From Clostridiales bacterium (GTDB lineage: Bacteria; Bacillota; Clostridia; Christensenellales; Borkfalkiaceae), in the NCBI GenBank assembly GCA_015055525.1, contig SVHZ01000004.1, forward strand, positions 187-64,186: DNA of 64,000 nucleotides, given 5' to 3'. Under the pieces are notes generated by a model. That model was not told the DNA's origin and did no database searches. It worked only from the letters and a program-made list of their open reading frames with translations. The translations under genes and the position numbers were made by a program. The first letter of the stretch is position 1, and each line of letters starts with the position of its first letter. Of the stretch, positions 19,997-28,998 are shown piece after piece.

Positions 19997-20970
19997 CAGT
20001 TGTTACCTCCGAAAACTTCGCTCGGCTCTGCATCGCCTTTTGTAAAGTTAGTGAGCGGACCTTTAGACTCAGTGTCTTCACCTGCTTGATATTCGCCGTA
20101 AAGTCTATTGATATCGCTAATAAACTTTCTGTTAAGAAGATGAAGGGGAATGTGTTGAGGACAAACTCTTGAACACTCGCCACAGTCAGTACATCTTCCC
20201 GCAACGTGGAACGCTCTAATTATGTGGAACATCTTTTCTTCAAAACTATCGCTATTTGCCTTGCTTGCTATACCCGAATTATCGTTATCGAATACGCATT
20301 TAGTACAAGTACAAGCAGGACATACGTTTCTACAAGCGTTACAACGAATACAGTTTGAAAGTTGATCTTTCCAGAACGCGTATCTTTCATCGGCAGTCAT
20401 TGACTCTAACTTTTTAACCATTTCAAAACGGTCGATTGACGGAGTTCTCTTTTCGTTAATTGAAATAACTTCGTCGTAAGAAAGAAGTTTCTTTTCGCAA
20501 ACTGAACATTTACCTAAAACGATTTCGTCTTTCTTGAAAGCGTAATCTTTGCCGTTTGCCTTGATAGTAACTTCTTCAACCGTTTCAACAACGCCGTCTA
20601 CTATTTCAATGCCGTTTTCTTTAAGTTTAGAATTGTCAACTTTACCTTGGCACTCAACGCCTACCGTGTAAACGTTGTCTTTATTAATCCTGTGCTCTTT
20701 GATAAGTTGATTAAAACTGTAACTATCGCAAGGTTTTAAGAAAACTAAAATCTTGCCTTCTTTTTTAGTTTCGCCAACTAAATATTTTGAAAGGTTTGCT
20801 CCGCAAAAAGCGTTGTAAACGAAATCTTTAAGGGAATCTTCAGAAGTAAACACGCAAGGTTCAACGTCAAAACCTAATTCGCCTTTCTTCCAACCGAGAA
20901 CTCTATTTACTTCGCCCGAAGATAAAAGCGCTTTTGCTTTTTCAATCATCATAGATTCTATTCTTTGCAT
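19996..20970 (-). CDS. flxC: 4Fe-4S dicluster protein (FlxC-like)
   Basis: 324 aa with CIRCNACRNVCPACTC and CTDCGECSRVCP. It overlaps flxB by 1 nt. Confidence 0.65.
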   Translation of the reverse strand: MQRIESMMIEKAKALLSSGEVNRVLGWKKGELGFDVEPCVFTSEDSLKDFVYNAFCGANLSKYLVGETKKEGKILVFLKPCDSYSFNQLIKEHRINKDNVYTVGVECQGKVDNSKLKENGIEIVDGVVETVEEVTIKANGKDYAFKKDEIVLGKCSVCEKKLLSYDEVISINEKRTPSIDRFEMVKKLESMTADERYAFWKDQLSNCIRCNACRNVCPACTCTKCVFDNDNSGIASKANSDSFEEKMFHIIRAFHVAGRCTDCGECSRVCPQHIPLHLLNRKFISDINRLYGEYQAGEDTESKGPLTNFTKGDAEPSEVFGGNN

Positions 20971-21398
20971 CTTAAATCCTCCAAGCGTTTATTTTCTCCA
21001 AGAGATGCAACTTTGCTAGCAAAGTCGTTCATAACGGCAGAGAATTTTGCGCCTTCAGCCGCAGATACCCACTCAACGCGAGTTCTTTCTCTTTCAATTC
21101 CAAGATAGTCGAGCATACTGAAAAGTAAACTCATTCTTCTTCTTGTGTAATAGTTACCAGTCGTGTAGTGGCAATCGCCTGGGTGACAACCGCATAAAAT
21201 TACGCCGTCCGCTCCCCTTTGGAAAGCCTTTAATACGAACATTGGGTTTACTCTACAAGAGCAAGGTACTCTTATAATTTTTACTTCTGCGGGGTAAGAA
21301 AGTCTTGAAGAACCTGCTAAGTCCGCGCCCGCGTAACTACACCAGTTACAACAAAATGCAACGATCAATGGTTTTTTAGCGTTATTTATCTCTTGCAT
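20958..21398 (-). CDS. flxD: MvhD/FlxD-type hydrogenase delta-subunit-like iron-sulfur protein
   Basis: 146 aa with AFCCNWCSYAGADLAG and GCHPGDCHY, the hallmarks of the MvhD/FlpD family. Confidence 0.8.
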   Translation of the reverse strand: MQEINNAKKPLIVAFCCNWCSYAGADLAGSSRLSYPAEVKIIRVPCSCRVNPMFVLKAFQRGADGVILCGCHPGDCHYTTGNYYTRRRMSLLFSMLDYLGIERERTRVEWVSAAEGAKFSAVMNDFASKVASLGENKRLEDLRCKE

Positions 21399-23377
21399 AT
21401 CGCGTCTACCTCCGCCATAATTTGCTTGTTGCTAAATCCTTTAAGATCCATTGCGCCAGACGGACAAGCAACCGTACATGCGCCACAACCTTGACATACC
21501 GCTTCGTTAACGCTAGCAACTCTTCTAGTTTCGGTTTTGCCTCCACCGATTCTAAATTCTTTGTCAACGTAAGTGATTGCGCCGTAAGGACAAACGTTCG
21601 CGCAAACCGAACAACCCGTACAAAGCATTTCGTCAGAGTGAGAAACGCAAGCGTTACATTTAAGTTTATCTTTACTCAAAAGACCTACTACTTTCGCAGC
21701 GCAAGCACTCGCTTGAGATACCGTTTCAGGAATATCTTTCGGGCCTTGACATACGCCTGATAAGAAAATGCCTGCCGTAGGACTTTCTACGGGACGGAGT
21801 TTTGCGTGCGCTTCGGTAAGGAAGTTGTTAGTATCAATACTTGCAGTTACCATAGTTGCAATATTTCTAACCGACGGGTTAGGTTCTATTGCCGCAGCAA
21901 GTACTACTAAGTCGGAAGGAATTACTACTTGTTCATTGTTGATAAGGTCTGAGCCTTGAACCATAAGTTTGCCGTTTTCTTCGTAAACTTTACCAACCAT
22001 ACCTTTGATATAGTCAACGCCGTATTGTTCAACCGCTCTTCTAAAGAACTCGTCGTAGTTCTTGCCGGGAGTTCTAACGTCTATGTAGAATACGTGAACT
22101 TCGGTGTTAGGATATTTTTCACGAATAAGCATTGCGTGTTTAGCAGTATACATACAGCAAATCTTACTGCAATACGGCTTACCGCAACCTGACGTATCTC
22201 TTGAACCAACGCATTGAATAAAGGTGATAACCTTAGGTTCTTTGTGGTCTGACGGGCGAACTAAGTGACCATCCGTAGGACCAGCCGCGTTCATAAGTCT
22301 TTCAAGTTCAAGTGAAGTTACAACGTCGGGATAGCTTGAATAACCAAATTCGTTGAAGTTTTCAAGTGAGATAGGCTTGTAACCCGTAGCAACTACGATT
22401 GCGCCGTATTCTCTTTCGATGATTTCATCTTTTTGAGTGTAATCAATAGCGTTTACTTGACAGTTCATTGCGCAAAGACCACACTTGCCGTTTTTAAGTT
22501 TCAAGCATTGTTCAGGGTCGATGATTGCAACGTTCGGGATTGCTTGAGCAAACGGAATATAAATTGCAGGGCGCTTGTTAAGACCCATGTTGAAATCGTT
22601 AAGACCTTTCTTTGAAGGGCATTTTTGCATACATACGCCACAGCCCGTACATTTCTTTTCGTCAACGAATCTTGCTTTTCTTCTAATTTGAACTTTGAAG
22701 TTACCAACGAAACCTTTAACCGATTCGATTTCACTAAAAGTCATAATGTCGATTTTTTCGTTTTGAGCGCAATCAACCATCTTCGGCGTTAAAATACAAG
22801 CCGCACAGTCGAGCGTGGGGAACGTTTTATCGAGTTTTGCCATGTTACCGCCGATAGTTGGAGAAGTTTCAACGATGTCAACTTCATAACCCGCTTCCGC
22901 GATATCTAAAGCAGATTGAATACCCGCAATACCACCACCGATAACGAGCGCTCTTTTAATAACGGCGCTTTCACCCGCGGTGAGCGGAGCGTTAAGTTTA
23001 AGTTTTGCGATAGCGCTTCTACCTAAAACTATTGCTTTTTCAGTAGCCTCTTCAATATCCTTGTGAATCCAAGAACATTGTTCCCTTATGTTTGCAATTT
23101 CAACCATATAGGGGTTAAGACCTGCGCTTTCACAAGTCTTTCTAAAAGTCGCTTCGTGCATTCTTGGAGAACAAGAACATACTACGACGCCCGTTAAGCC
23201 GTGCTCTTTAATCGCGTTTCTAATAAGTGCTTGGCCGTTTTCAGAACACATATATTGATAGTTTTCAGAAATCACTACGCCAGGCTCTAACCTTAACACG
23301 TCGGCAACTTTCTTTACGTCAACCGTCGCTGCGATATTGCTACCGCACCAACATACAAATACACCAATCTTTTGCAT
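21386..23377 (-). CDS. hdrA: Heterodisulfide reductase subunit A-like flavoprotein
   Basis: 663 aa with the FAD fold VIGGGIAGIQSALD, several CxxCxxCxxxCP ferredoxin motifs and an N-terminal Cys-rich domain (VFVCWCGSNIA). Confidence 0.85.
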   Translation of the reverse strand: MQKIGVFVCWCGSNIAATVDVKKVADVLRLEPGVVISENYQYMCSENGQALIRNAIKEHGLTGVVVCSCSPRMHEATFRKTCESAGLNPYMVEIANIREQCSWIHKDIEEATEKAIVLGRSAIAKLKLNAPLTAGESAVIKRALVIGGGIAGIQSALDIAEAGYEVDIVETSPTIGGNMAKLDKTFPTLDCAACILTPKMVDCAQNEKIDIMTFSEIESVKGFVGNFKVQIRRKARFVDEKKCTGCGVCMQKCPSKKGLNDFNMGLNKRPAIYIPFAQAIPNVAIIDPEQCLKLKNGKCGLCAMNCQVNAIDYTQKDEIIEREYGAIVVATGYKPISLENFNEFGYSSYPDVVTSLELERLMNAAGPTDGHLVRPSDHKEPKVITFIQCVGSRDTSGCGKPYCSKICCMYTAKHAMLIREKYPNTEVHVFYIDVRTPGKNYDEFFRRAVEQYGVDYIKGMVGKVYEENGKLMVQGSDLINNEQVVIPSDLVVLAAAIEPNPSVRNIATMVTASIDTNNFLTEAHAKLRPVESPTAGIFLSGVCQGPKDIPETVSQASACAAKVVGLLSKDKLKCNACVSHSDEMLCTGCSVCANVCPYGAITYVDKEFRIGGGKTETRRVASVNEAVCQGCGACTVACPSGAMDLKGFSNKQIMAEVDAICKR

Positions 23378-23392
23378 TGTCTACTCCCTCGA

Positions 23393-23779
23393 TTATTTGT
23401 TTAATTTTCTGAACATACTTACGAGAAGTTGTTGTGGGATCGTTTCGTCAATCATTTGAGGAACGGTTTCAGCAGGAACTTTGTTTCCGCCTTGTTGTCT
23501 TATAACTTCTTGGCGAACTGCTTCAATAACGTTTGCAGGAGCAACTCCACGCGGGCATCTTTCTACGCAAGCAAAACAACTTAAACAAGTGTAGAGAGAT
23601 TTGCTGCTCAAAAGTTTATCAATTTCGCCTTTTTCTATATAAGTTACGAACTGATGTGGCTTAATATCCATATCGGCATACGCTGGGCATCTACCCGAAC
23701 ATTTACCGCATTTCATACATTTTCTAACGTCAGTTCCACTTCTTTCTTTAATGAGTTCAACTTGTTCTTTCTTTTCCAT
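23393..23779 (-). CDS. hdrC: Heterodisulfide reductase subunit C-like (4Fe-4S dicluster)
   Basis: 128 aa with CMKCGKCSGRCP and CLSCFACVERCP. Confidence 0.8.
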   Translation of the reverse strand: MEKKEQVELIKERSGTDVRKCMKCGKCSGRCPAYADMDIKPHQFVTYIEKGEIDKLLSSKSLYTCLSCFACVERCPRGVAPANVIEAVRQEVIRQQGGNKVPAETVPQMIDETIPQQLLVSMFRKLNK

Positions 23780-23782
23780 ATC

Positions 23783-24565
23783 TTACTCCTTTACGCCAAG
23801 CGCTTCGGCAAGAAGTTCCGTAAAGTAATATACGGGAACGTCACTATTGCCGTTTTCAGTAAGGTTATACATACAAAGCGGACAAGCGGTAACGATTTTT
23901 TCCGCACCTGCGTTTTTTGCCGAATCCATAACTTTACTGCTCTTTTTAACCGCTATTTCTTTGTTGGTTGCAGATACGTATGCACCACAGCACTCGTTTC
24001 TGAACGCGTATTTAACGGGGGTTGCTCCAATTGCAGTTATAAAATCTTCGATGATGCTTGGATTTTCAGGATTGTCAAACGCGAGCGTTTGAGATGGGCG
24101 AAGAAGTAAACAGCCGTAATAAGCACCGATCTTTTGACCTTTGAGCGGATTTACAACCGCCGCTTTAAGTTTATCAAAGCCAACGTAATCTCTTAAAAGT
24201 TCAAGATAGTGAATAACGTCCGTTTCGCCTTCGTAAGCCTCTTCAAGAGCGAGATAGTTGTTTGCTTTCAAACGAATATTAGCGTCGTTTTTCATATCGT
24301 CGTTCACTCTTTTGAGAACGTGGTGACAAGCAGAGCAAAGAGTGAGAAGTTTTCCGTCTTCTGCCTTTGCGCTTGCCAAAGTTCTAACGGCTGAAAGTTT
24401 AGTAGCAACTTCGTCACGAGAAACGGGGTAAACCGCACCGCAACATTGCCACTCTTTGATTTCTTCAAAGTCAACGCCTAATTTTTCAAGGCACTTTCTT
24501 CCGTATAAGTCTAAATCTTTTGCTTTAGTTTTAAGGGTACAACCCGGATAATAAGAAAATTTCAT
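23783..24565 (-). CDS. hdrB: Heterodisulfide reductase subunit B-like (two CCG domains)
   Basis: CCG motifs WQCCGAVYP and NECCGAYVS. The ATG at 24565 is preferred over the GTG at 24571 and sits 2 nt after the fumC stop (TGAttATG). Confidence 0.8.
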   Translation of the reverse strand: MKFSYYPGCTLKTKAKDLDLYGRKCLEKLGVDFEEIKEWQCCGAVYPVSRDEVATKLSAVRTLASAKAEDGKLLTLCSACHHVLKRVNDDMKNDANIRLKANNYLALEEAYEGETDVIHYLELLRDYVGFDKLKAAVVNPLKGQKIGAYYGCLLLRPSQTLAFDNPENPSIIEDFITAIGATPVKYAFRNECCGAYVSATNKEIAVKKSSKVMDSAKNAGAEKIVTACPLCMYNLTENGNSDVPVYYFTELLAEALGVKE

Positions 24566-24567
24566 AA

Positions 24568-25932
24568 TCACACCATTTGTTCAGGTTTGAACACCTTGTC
24601 AAATTCTTCCGCGCTTAAGAAACCAAGAGAAACGCACGCTTCTTTTAAGCTGATGTTTTCCTTGTGCGCAAGTTTAGCAGTTTTAGCCGCGTTTTCATAT
24701 CCGATGTAAGGGTTAAGAGCGGTTACGAGCATCAAAGAATTATATAAGTTGAATTTCATCTTTTCTTTGTTTGCCTTAATTCCAGACGCGCAGTTTAAGT
24801 TGAACGAACGAATACCGTCTGCAAGCAACTTAGCCGATTGTAAGAAATTATAAATGATAACGGGCATAAATACGTTAAGTTCAAAATTGCCTTGTGATGC
24901 GGCAAAACCAACAGCCGCGTCGTTACCCATTACTTGAACTGCAACCATTGTAAGCGATTCGCATTGAGTTGGGTTAACTTTACCGGGCATTATTGAAGAA
25001 CCCGGTTCGTTTTCAGGAATAAAGATTTCGCCAAGACCGCAACGTGGACCGCTTGAGAGCCATCTAACGTCGTTTGCAATCTTCATAAGGTCAGCGGCGA
25101 GCGCTTTCAACGCACCGTGAGCAAACACGATTTCATCTTTTGCAGTTAAGGCGTGGAACTTATTGTCCGCCGTCTTGAAAGTTTTACCTGTTAAGCGAGA
25201 AACTTCTTCCGCAACCGCAGTATCAAAACCCTTTGGAGCGTTAAGACCCGTGCCAACGGCAGTACCGCCGAGCGCAAGTTCTTTAAGACCGGGGAGAGAA
25301 AGTTCAAGCATGCCCTTTGATTTTTCAAGCATATTTCTCCAACCGCTAATTTCTTGAGAGAAACTTACGGGAACAGCGTCTTGAAGGTGAGTTCTACCAC
25401 TCTTAACGATTCCTTCGTTTTCCTTTTCTAAACGCTTGAATACTTCAATGAGCGCGTCGATTTCAGGGAATAACTTATCTTCAATTGCAATAACCGCAGC
25501 AATGTGCATTGCAGTTGGGAAAGTATCGTTACTAGATTGGCTCTTATTAATATCGTCGTTTGGATGAAGAAGTTTTTTGCCTGCGATTTCGTTACCACGG
25601 TTTGCTATAACTTCGTTGGCGTTCATATTTGATTGAGTGCCAGAACCCGTTTGCCAAACTACGAGCGGGAAATGCCCGTTGAGTTCGCCCGAGATAACTT
25701 CGTCACACGCTTTAGAAATTGCGTTTAACTTTTCATCGTCAATTTTACCTAAACGGTGGTTTGCATAAGCAGCAGCCTTTTTAAGTATACCGAAAGCGTG
25801 AGTAATTTCTCTTGGCATAACTTCTCCGCCAATTTTGAAGTTTTGATAACTTCTTTGAGTTTGGGCAGCCCAGTACCTATCTGCAGGAACTTGCATTTCA
25901 CCCATCGTATCTTTTTCAATGCGGTATTCCAT
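24568..25932 (-). CDS. fumC: Class II fumarate hydratase
   Basis: 454 aa with the signature GSSIMPGKVNPTQCE (the fumarase TQCE form, not the aspartase form). Confidence 0.9.
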   Translation of the reverse strand: MEYRIEKDTMGEMQVPADRYWAAQTQRSYQNFKIGGEVMPREITHAFGILKKAAAYANHRLGKIDDEKLNAISKACDEVISGELNGHFPLVVWQTGSGTQSNMNANEVIANRGNEIAGKKLLHPNDDINKSQSSNDTFPTAMHIAAVIAIEDKLFPEIDALIEVFKRLEKENEGIVKSGRTHLQDAVPVSFSQEISGWRNMLEKSKGMLELSLPGLKELALGGTAVGTGLNAPKGFDTAVAEEVSRLTGKTFKTADNKFHALTAKDEIVFAHGALKALAADLMKIANDVRWLSSGPRCGLGEIFIPENEPGSSIMPGKVNPTQCESLTMVAVQVMGNDAAVGFAASQGNFELNVFMPVIIYNFLQSAKLLADGIRSFNLNCASGIKANKEKMKFNLYNSLMLVTALNPYIGYENAAKTAKLAHKENISLKEACVSLGFLSAEEFDKVFKPEQMV

Positions 25933-26001
25933 AGTTTCTCCTTGTTAAGTTAAATTCTATTGAATTTATAGTCGTTTTATTTTTTCGTTTCTTTAACGGG
26001 A

Positions 26002-26949
26002 TTACACGTTAATTTGATTAATTACAGCTTTCATAGCCTCGCCAGATGCTACGAGTTTCTCAACTTCTTCTTCAGTTAAGGTAGGAGTTAAGGTCGTTTT
26101 AATTCCATCAACGCCTAAAACTGCAGGGATTGAAATGCAAACGTCTTTAATTCCGTATTCGCCTTTCATTAAAACGGATACGCAAACAACGCTATCAACG
26201 CCTGAATATAAGCACTTGCAAATGTAAGCAACCGCAGCGGCAACGCCGTTGTAAGTTGCGCCCTTTCTAGAAATGATAATTCCGCCAGACTTTCTAATGT
26301 ATTCGGCAACTTCTTCTTTATCGTAAGGTTCAATCTTTATAGAAGGATCGGTAACAACGTCAGCATACTCGTCAATATTCACGCCTGCGATTTTTACCTT
26401 TGACCAAGGAACGAAAGAAGTATCGCCGTGTTCACCTAAAACGTCAGCGTCAACTTGAAGAGGTGATACCTTATAAATTTCAGAAAGCCTTGTTCTTAAA
26501 CGCGCCGTATCAAGGCTAGTTCCCGAACCGATAATTCTGTTAGTTGGAATATTAGTAATTTTATGGAAAGTGTAAGTTAAAACGTCAACGGGGTTAGCAA
26601 CGATAACGTATAACGCATCAGGGCAAACCGCAGAAATTTTAGGAGCAATGCTCTTTAAGATGTTAACGTTGATTTGAGCAAGGTCAATTCTCGTTTGACC
26701 AGGCTTTCTTGCTACGCCCGACGTAATTATTACAATATCAGAACCTTTAGCGTCTTCATAATCGCCTGCTCTTACGATTGCGGGATTAAGGAACGGAGTT
26801 GCTTGATAAATATCCATCGCTTCGCCAAGAGCCTTTTCGTTATTAACGTCGATAAATACGATTTCCGACGCCGTGCCTTGCGCTACGAGAAGATATCCTA
26901 TTGATGAGCCTACTGCGCCTGCGCCAATGATTGTAATCTTTCTTTTCAT
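26002..26949 (-). CDS. mdh: LDH-like malate dehydrogenase
   Basis: 315 aa with the Rossmann motif ITIIGAGAVGS. The substrate-specificity loop GVARKPGQTR carries Arg (MDH type) rather than the Gln seen in LDHs. Confidence 0.75.
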   Translation of the reverse strand: MKRKITIIGAGAVGSSIGYLLVAQGTASEIVFIDVNNEKALGEAMDIYQATPFLNPAIVRAGDYEDAKGSDIVIITSGVARKPGQTRIDLAQINVNILKSIAPKISAVCPDALYVIVANPVDVLTYTFHKITNIPTNRIIGSGTSLDTARLRTRLSEIYKVSPLQVDADVLGEHGDTSFVPWSKVKIAGVNIDEYADVVTDPSIKIEPYDKEEVAEYIRKSGGIIISRKGATYNGVAAAVAYICKCLYSGVDSVVCVSVLMKGEYGIKDVCISIPAVLGVDGIKTTLTPTLTEEEVEKLVASGEAMKAVINQINV

Positions 26950-26971
26950 TTTCTTTTCTCCAATATTTTAT

Positions 26972-26989
26972 TTGTTAAATTTTTAACAA
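26972..26989. promoter_or_regulatory. Rex operator (TTGTTAA-N4-TTAACAA)
   Basis: The sequence ttgttaaatttttaacaa is a perfect match to the clostridial Rex-box consensus. It lies 22 nt upstream of the mdh ATG. Confidence 0.7.
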
Positions 26990-27216
26990 TGTTTTTCAAA
27001 ATCAAAAGCGGTAAAAGGATATAATTATCCTTATTCCGCCAAACGCAAATATAGTATAACATATATTTTTTATAACGCATAGCGTTTTTAGTAGGTTTTT
27101 GAAGATTTTTCCGAATTATTTTATAATTTTTATAAAATTATTTTACATGTGTACAATATTTTTCATTTTAGAAGGCATTGTTTGACTTAATTTGCAATAT
27201 AAATTATACTTGTAAC

Positions 27217-28428
27217 ATGAAAAATTCTAAACCGTACAACAAAATAAACCCTTTTGTTTATGGAGTTGCAAAAATTGCATCCAAGTTTTTTTGTTCTTTC
27301 AAACTGAATTTGAAACTTGTAAAGAACGAGTACGCGCCAAACGACGGGCGTAAAAAAGTTGTAATTTGCAATCATGAATCGTTTTACGATTTTATGGGAA
27401 TACTTGCATACTTAAAAGGGTCGGCGCACATAGTAATGAGCAAGACTATGCTTAGAACTATGCCGATTAAAAATTTAATAATAAAAGCGGGCGTTATTGA
27501 AAAAAATCAATTTCAAACGACGGTGCTTGACATGCGCAAAATGAAAGCGGTGCTTGACGATAATAAAACGCTCGTTATTTTCCCCGCAGGATTGATGCCC
27601 GAAGGCGGAGCGGGAACGCCTATTCCAGACGCTACGGCTAAAACTCTTAAATGGTTTGACGCCGACGTTTACGTTGCAAAATTTAGAGGAACTTTTCTCA
27701 CTAAGCCAAAGTGGTCTAAGGTTATGAGAAAAGGTAAACCAACTCTTGAAATTTATAAACTTGCAAGCCGTGAAGAACTTAACGAATTAAGCGTAGAACA
27801 CACCTTGCAACTTATAACTTCTCATCTTTATTTCGACGCGTACAAAAACAATCTCTTAGACGGGGTTAAGTACAAGCGTGGCGATAATCTTTTAGGCATT
27901 GAAAACGTCTTATACAAATGCCCGTACTGCGGTGAAGAATACTCAATGAAAGTTGTAAACTTAAACCAATTAACTTGTAAATCTTGCGGTTATTCGGTTA
28001 TAAGTGACGAAACGGGTATTTTGAAATCAAACGGAGCAAAACCGCTCGTTTATAGTCTGGTTAGCGACTGGCATCGTTTCATTGAAAAGAGCGTTTACGA
28101 AAAGGTTGCGTCCACTCCAAATTTTAACGTTTCAACGGGGGCTGACGTTTATAAAATTAACGATAAAAAACGAAAATTTGAACTTGCTGGCAGAGCGATA
28201 GTTTCGCTTGACAAGGAAAAATTTACGCTTGACGGAACGCTATATAATAAGCCGTTTTTCAAAGAGATTTCTGCAACGAAAACCCCTATTCTGCCGTCAA
28301 CTCCAGGAAAATGCTTTGAACTTCAAGACGATAACGACACGTATAGAATTTGCCCCGACGCTCCCGAAAAATCAATCGAGTGGCTACTTACGTTAAAAGC
28401 GGTTTATAAACTTTCAAAAGGGAAGTAA
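27217..28428 (+). CDS. PlsC-family acyltransferase with a C-terminal Zn-ribbon-containing extension
   Basis: Carries the HX4D motif NHESFYDF, VIFPAGLMPEG and CPYCGEE...CKSCGY. The ATG at 27217 is preferred over the upstream TTG at 27178. Confidence 0.7.
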   Translation: MKNSKPYNKINPFVYGVAKIASKFFCSFKLNLKLVKNEYAPNDGRKKVVICNHESFYDFMGILAYLKGSAHIVMSKTMLRTMPIKNLIIKAGVIEKNQFQTTVLDMRKMKAVLDDNKTLVIFPAGLMPEGGAGTPIPDATAKTLKWFDADVYVAKFRGTFLTKPKWSKVMRKGKPTLEIYKLASREELNELSVEHTLQLITSHLYFDAYKNNLLDGVKYKRGDNLLGIENVLYKCPYCGEEYSMKVVNLNQLTCKSCGYSVISDETGILKSNGAKPLVYSLVSDWHRFIEKSVYEKVASTPNFNVSTGADVYKINDKKRKFELAGRAIVSLDKEKFTLDGTLYNKPFFKEISATKTPILPSTPGKCFELQDDNDTYRICPDAPEKSIEWLLTLKAVYKLSKGK

Positions 28429-28432
28429 AACT

Positions 28433-28957
28433 ATGGATAACTTAATTTTAAGAAAGGTTAAAATAGAAGATAAAGAAGGGTTTTCAAAATATCTTGAAGA
28501 ACTCGTAAAAGCAAGCGGGTCTTTTAAGGGCGTTGAGTTTGAAGACGGGCTTAGTTTTGAAAATTTAGTTAAATATTATAAGGAAAAGGAGCAAATCCCG
28601 TTTACTAATTACTATCAAAACGAAACGCCGTTTTTTCAATACGTTATGGTGGAAAAGGACACGGATACTATCGTTGGCGCTGTGAATATTCGCCCCTTTC
28701 TAAACGAGATGTTAGATAAGAATTTTGAAGGGAATATAGGTTATTCGATAAGTTCTAACTGCCGTGGAAAAGGTTATGGAAAACTTGCTCTTTCACTTGC
28801 GATTAAGGAGTTTAGAAAGTTAAACCCCAATGACAAAATAGTGATTTGTTGCTATAAAGAAAACGTGGGATCGAGAAAGATTATTGAATCTCACGGTGGA
28901 AAACTTATAGAAGAAATCCCCGGCGTTTTAACCCCGCAAAAATATGTAATAGAATAA
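28433..28957 (+). CDS. GNAT-family N-acetyltransferase
   Basis: 174 aa with the acetyl-CoA motif CRGKGYGKLAL. Confidence 0.75.
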   Translation: MDNLILRKVKIEDKEGFSKYLEELVKASGSFKGVEFEDGLSFENLVKYYKEKEQIPFTNYYQNETPFFQYVMVEKDTDTIVGAVNIRPFLNEMLDKNFEGNIGYSISSNCRGKGYGKLALSLAIKEFRKLNPNDKIVICCYKENVGSRKIIESHGGKLIEEIPGVLTPQKYVIE

Positions 28958-28959
28958 GT

Positions 28960-28987
28960 AAAAAGCACGCAGTTTGCGTGCTTTTTT
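28960..28987. terminator. Bidirectional terminator between the GNAT gene and cysS
   Basis: Stem agcacgca/tgcgtgct flanked by A5 and T6. Confidence 0.75.
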
Positions 28988-28998
28988 AGTGATATTTT

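Noticed and set aside
23654-24109. 151-aa plus-strand ORF and other antisense ORFs across the hdr/flx/frd genes (for example 21422..21760, 19185..19538, 19025..19366)
   Set aside because: All of them are embedded antisense in long ORFs with strong Cys-cluster and flavoprotein motifs, and none has motifs of its own.
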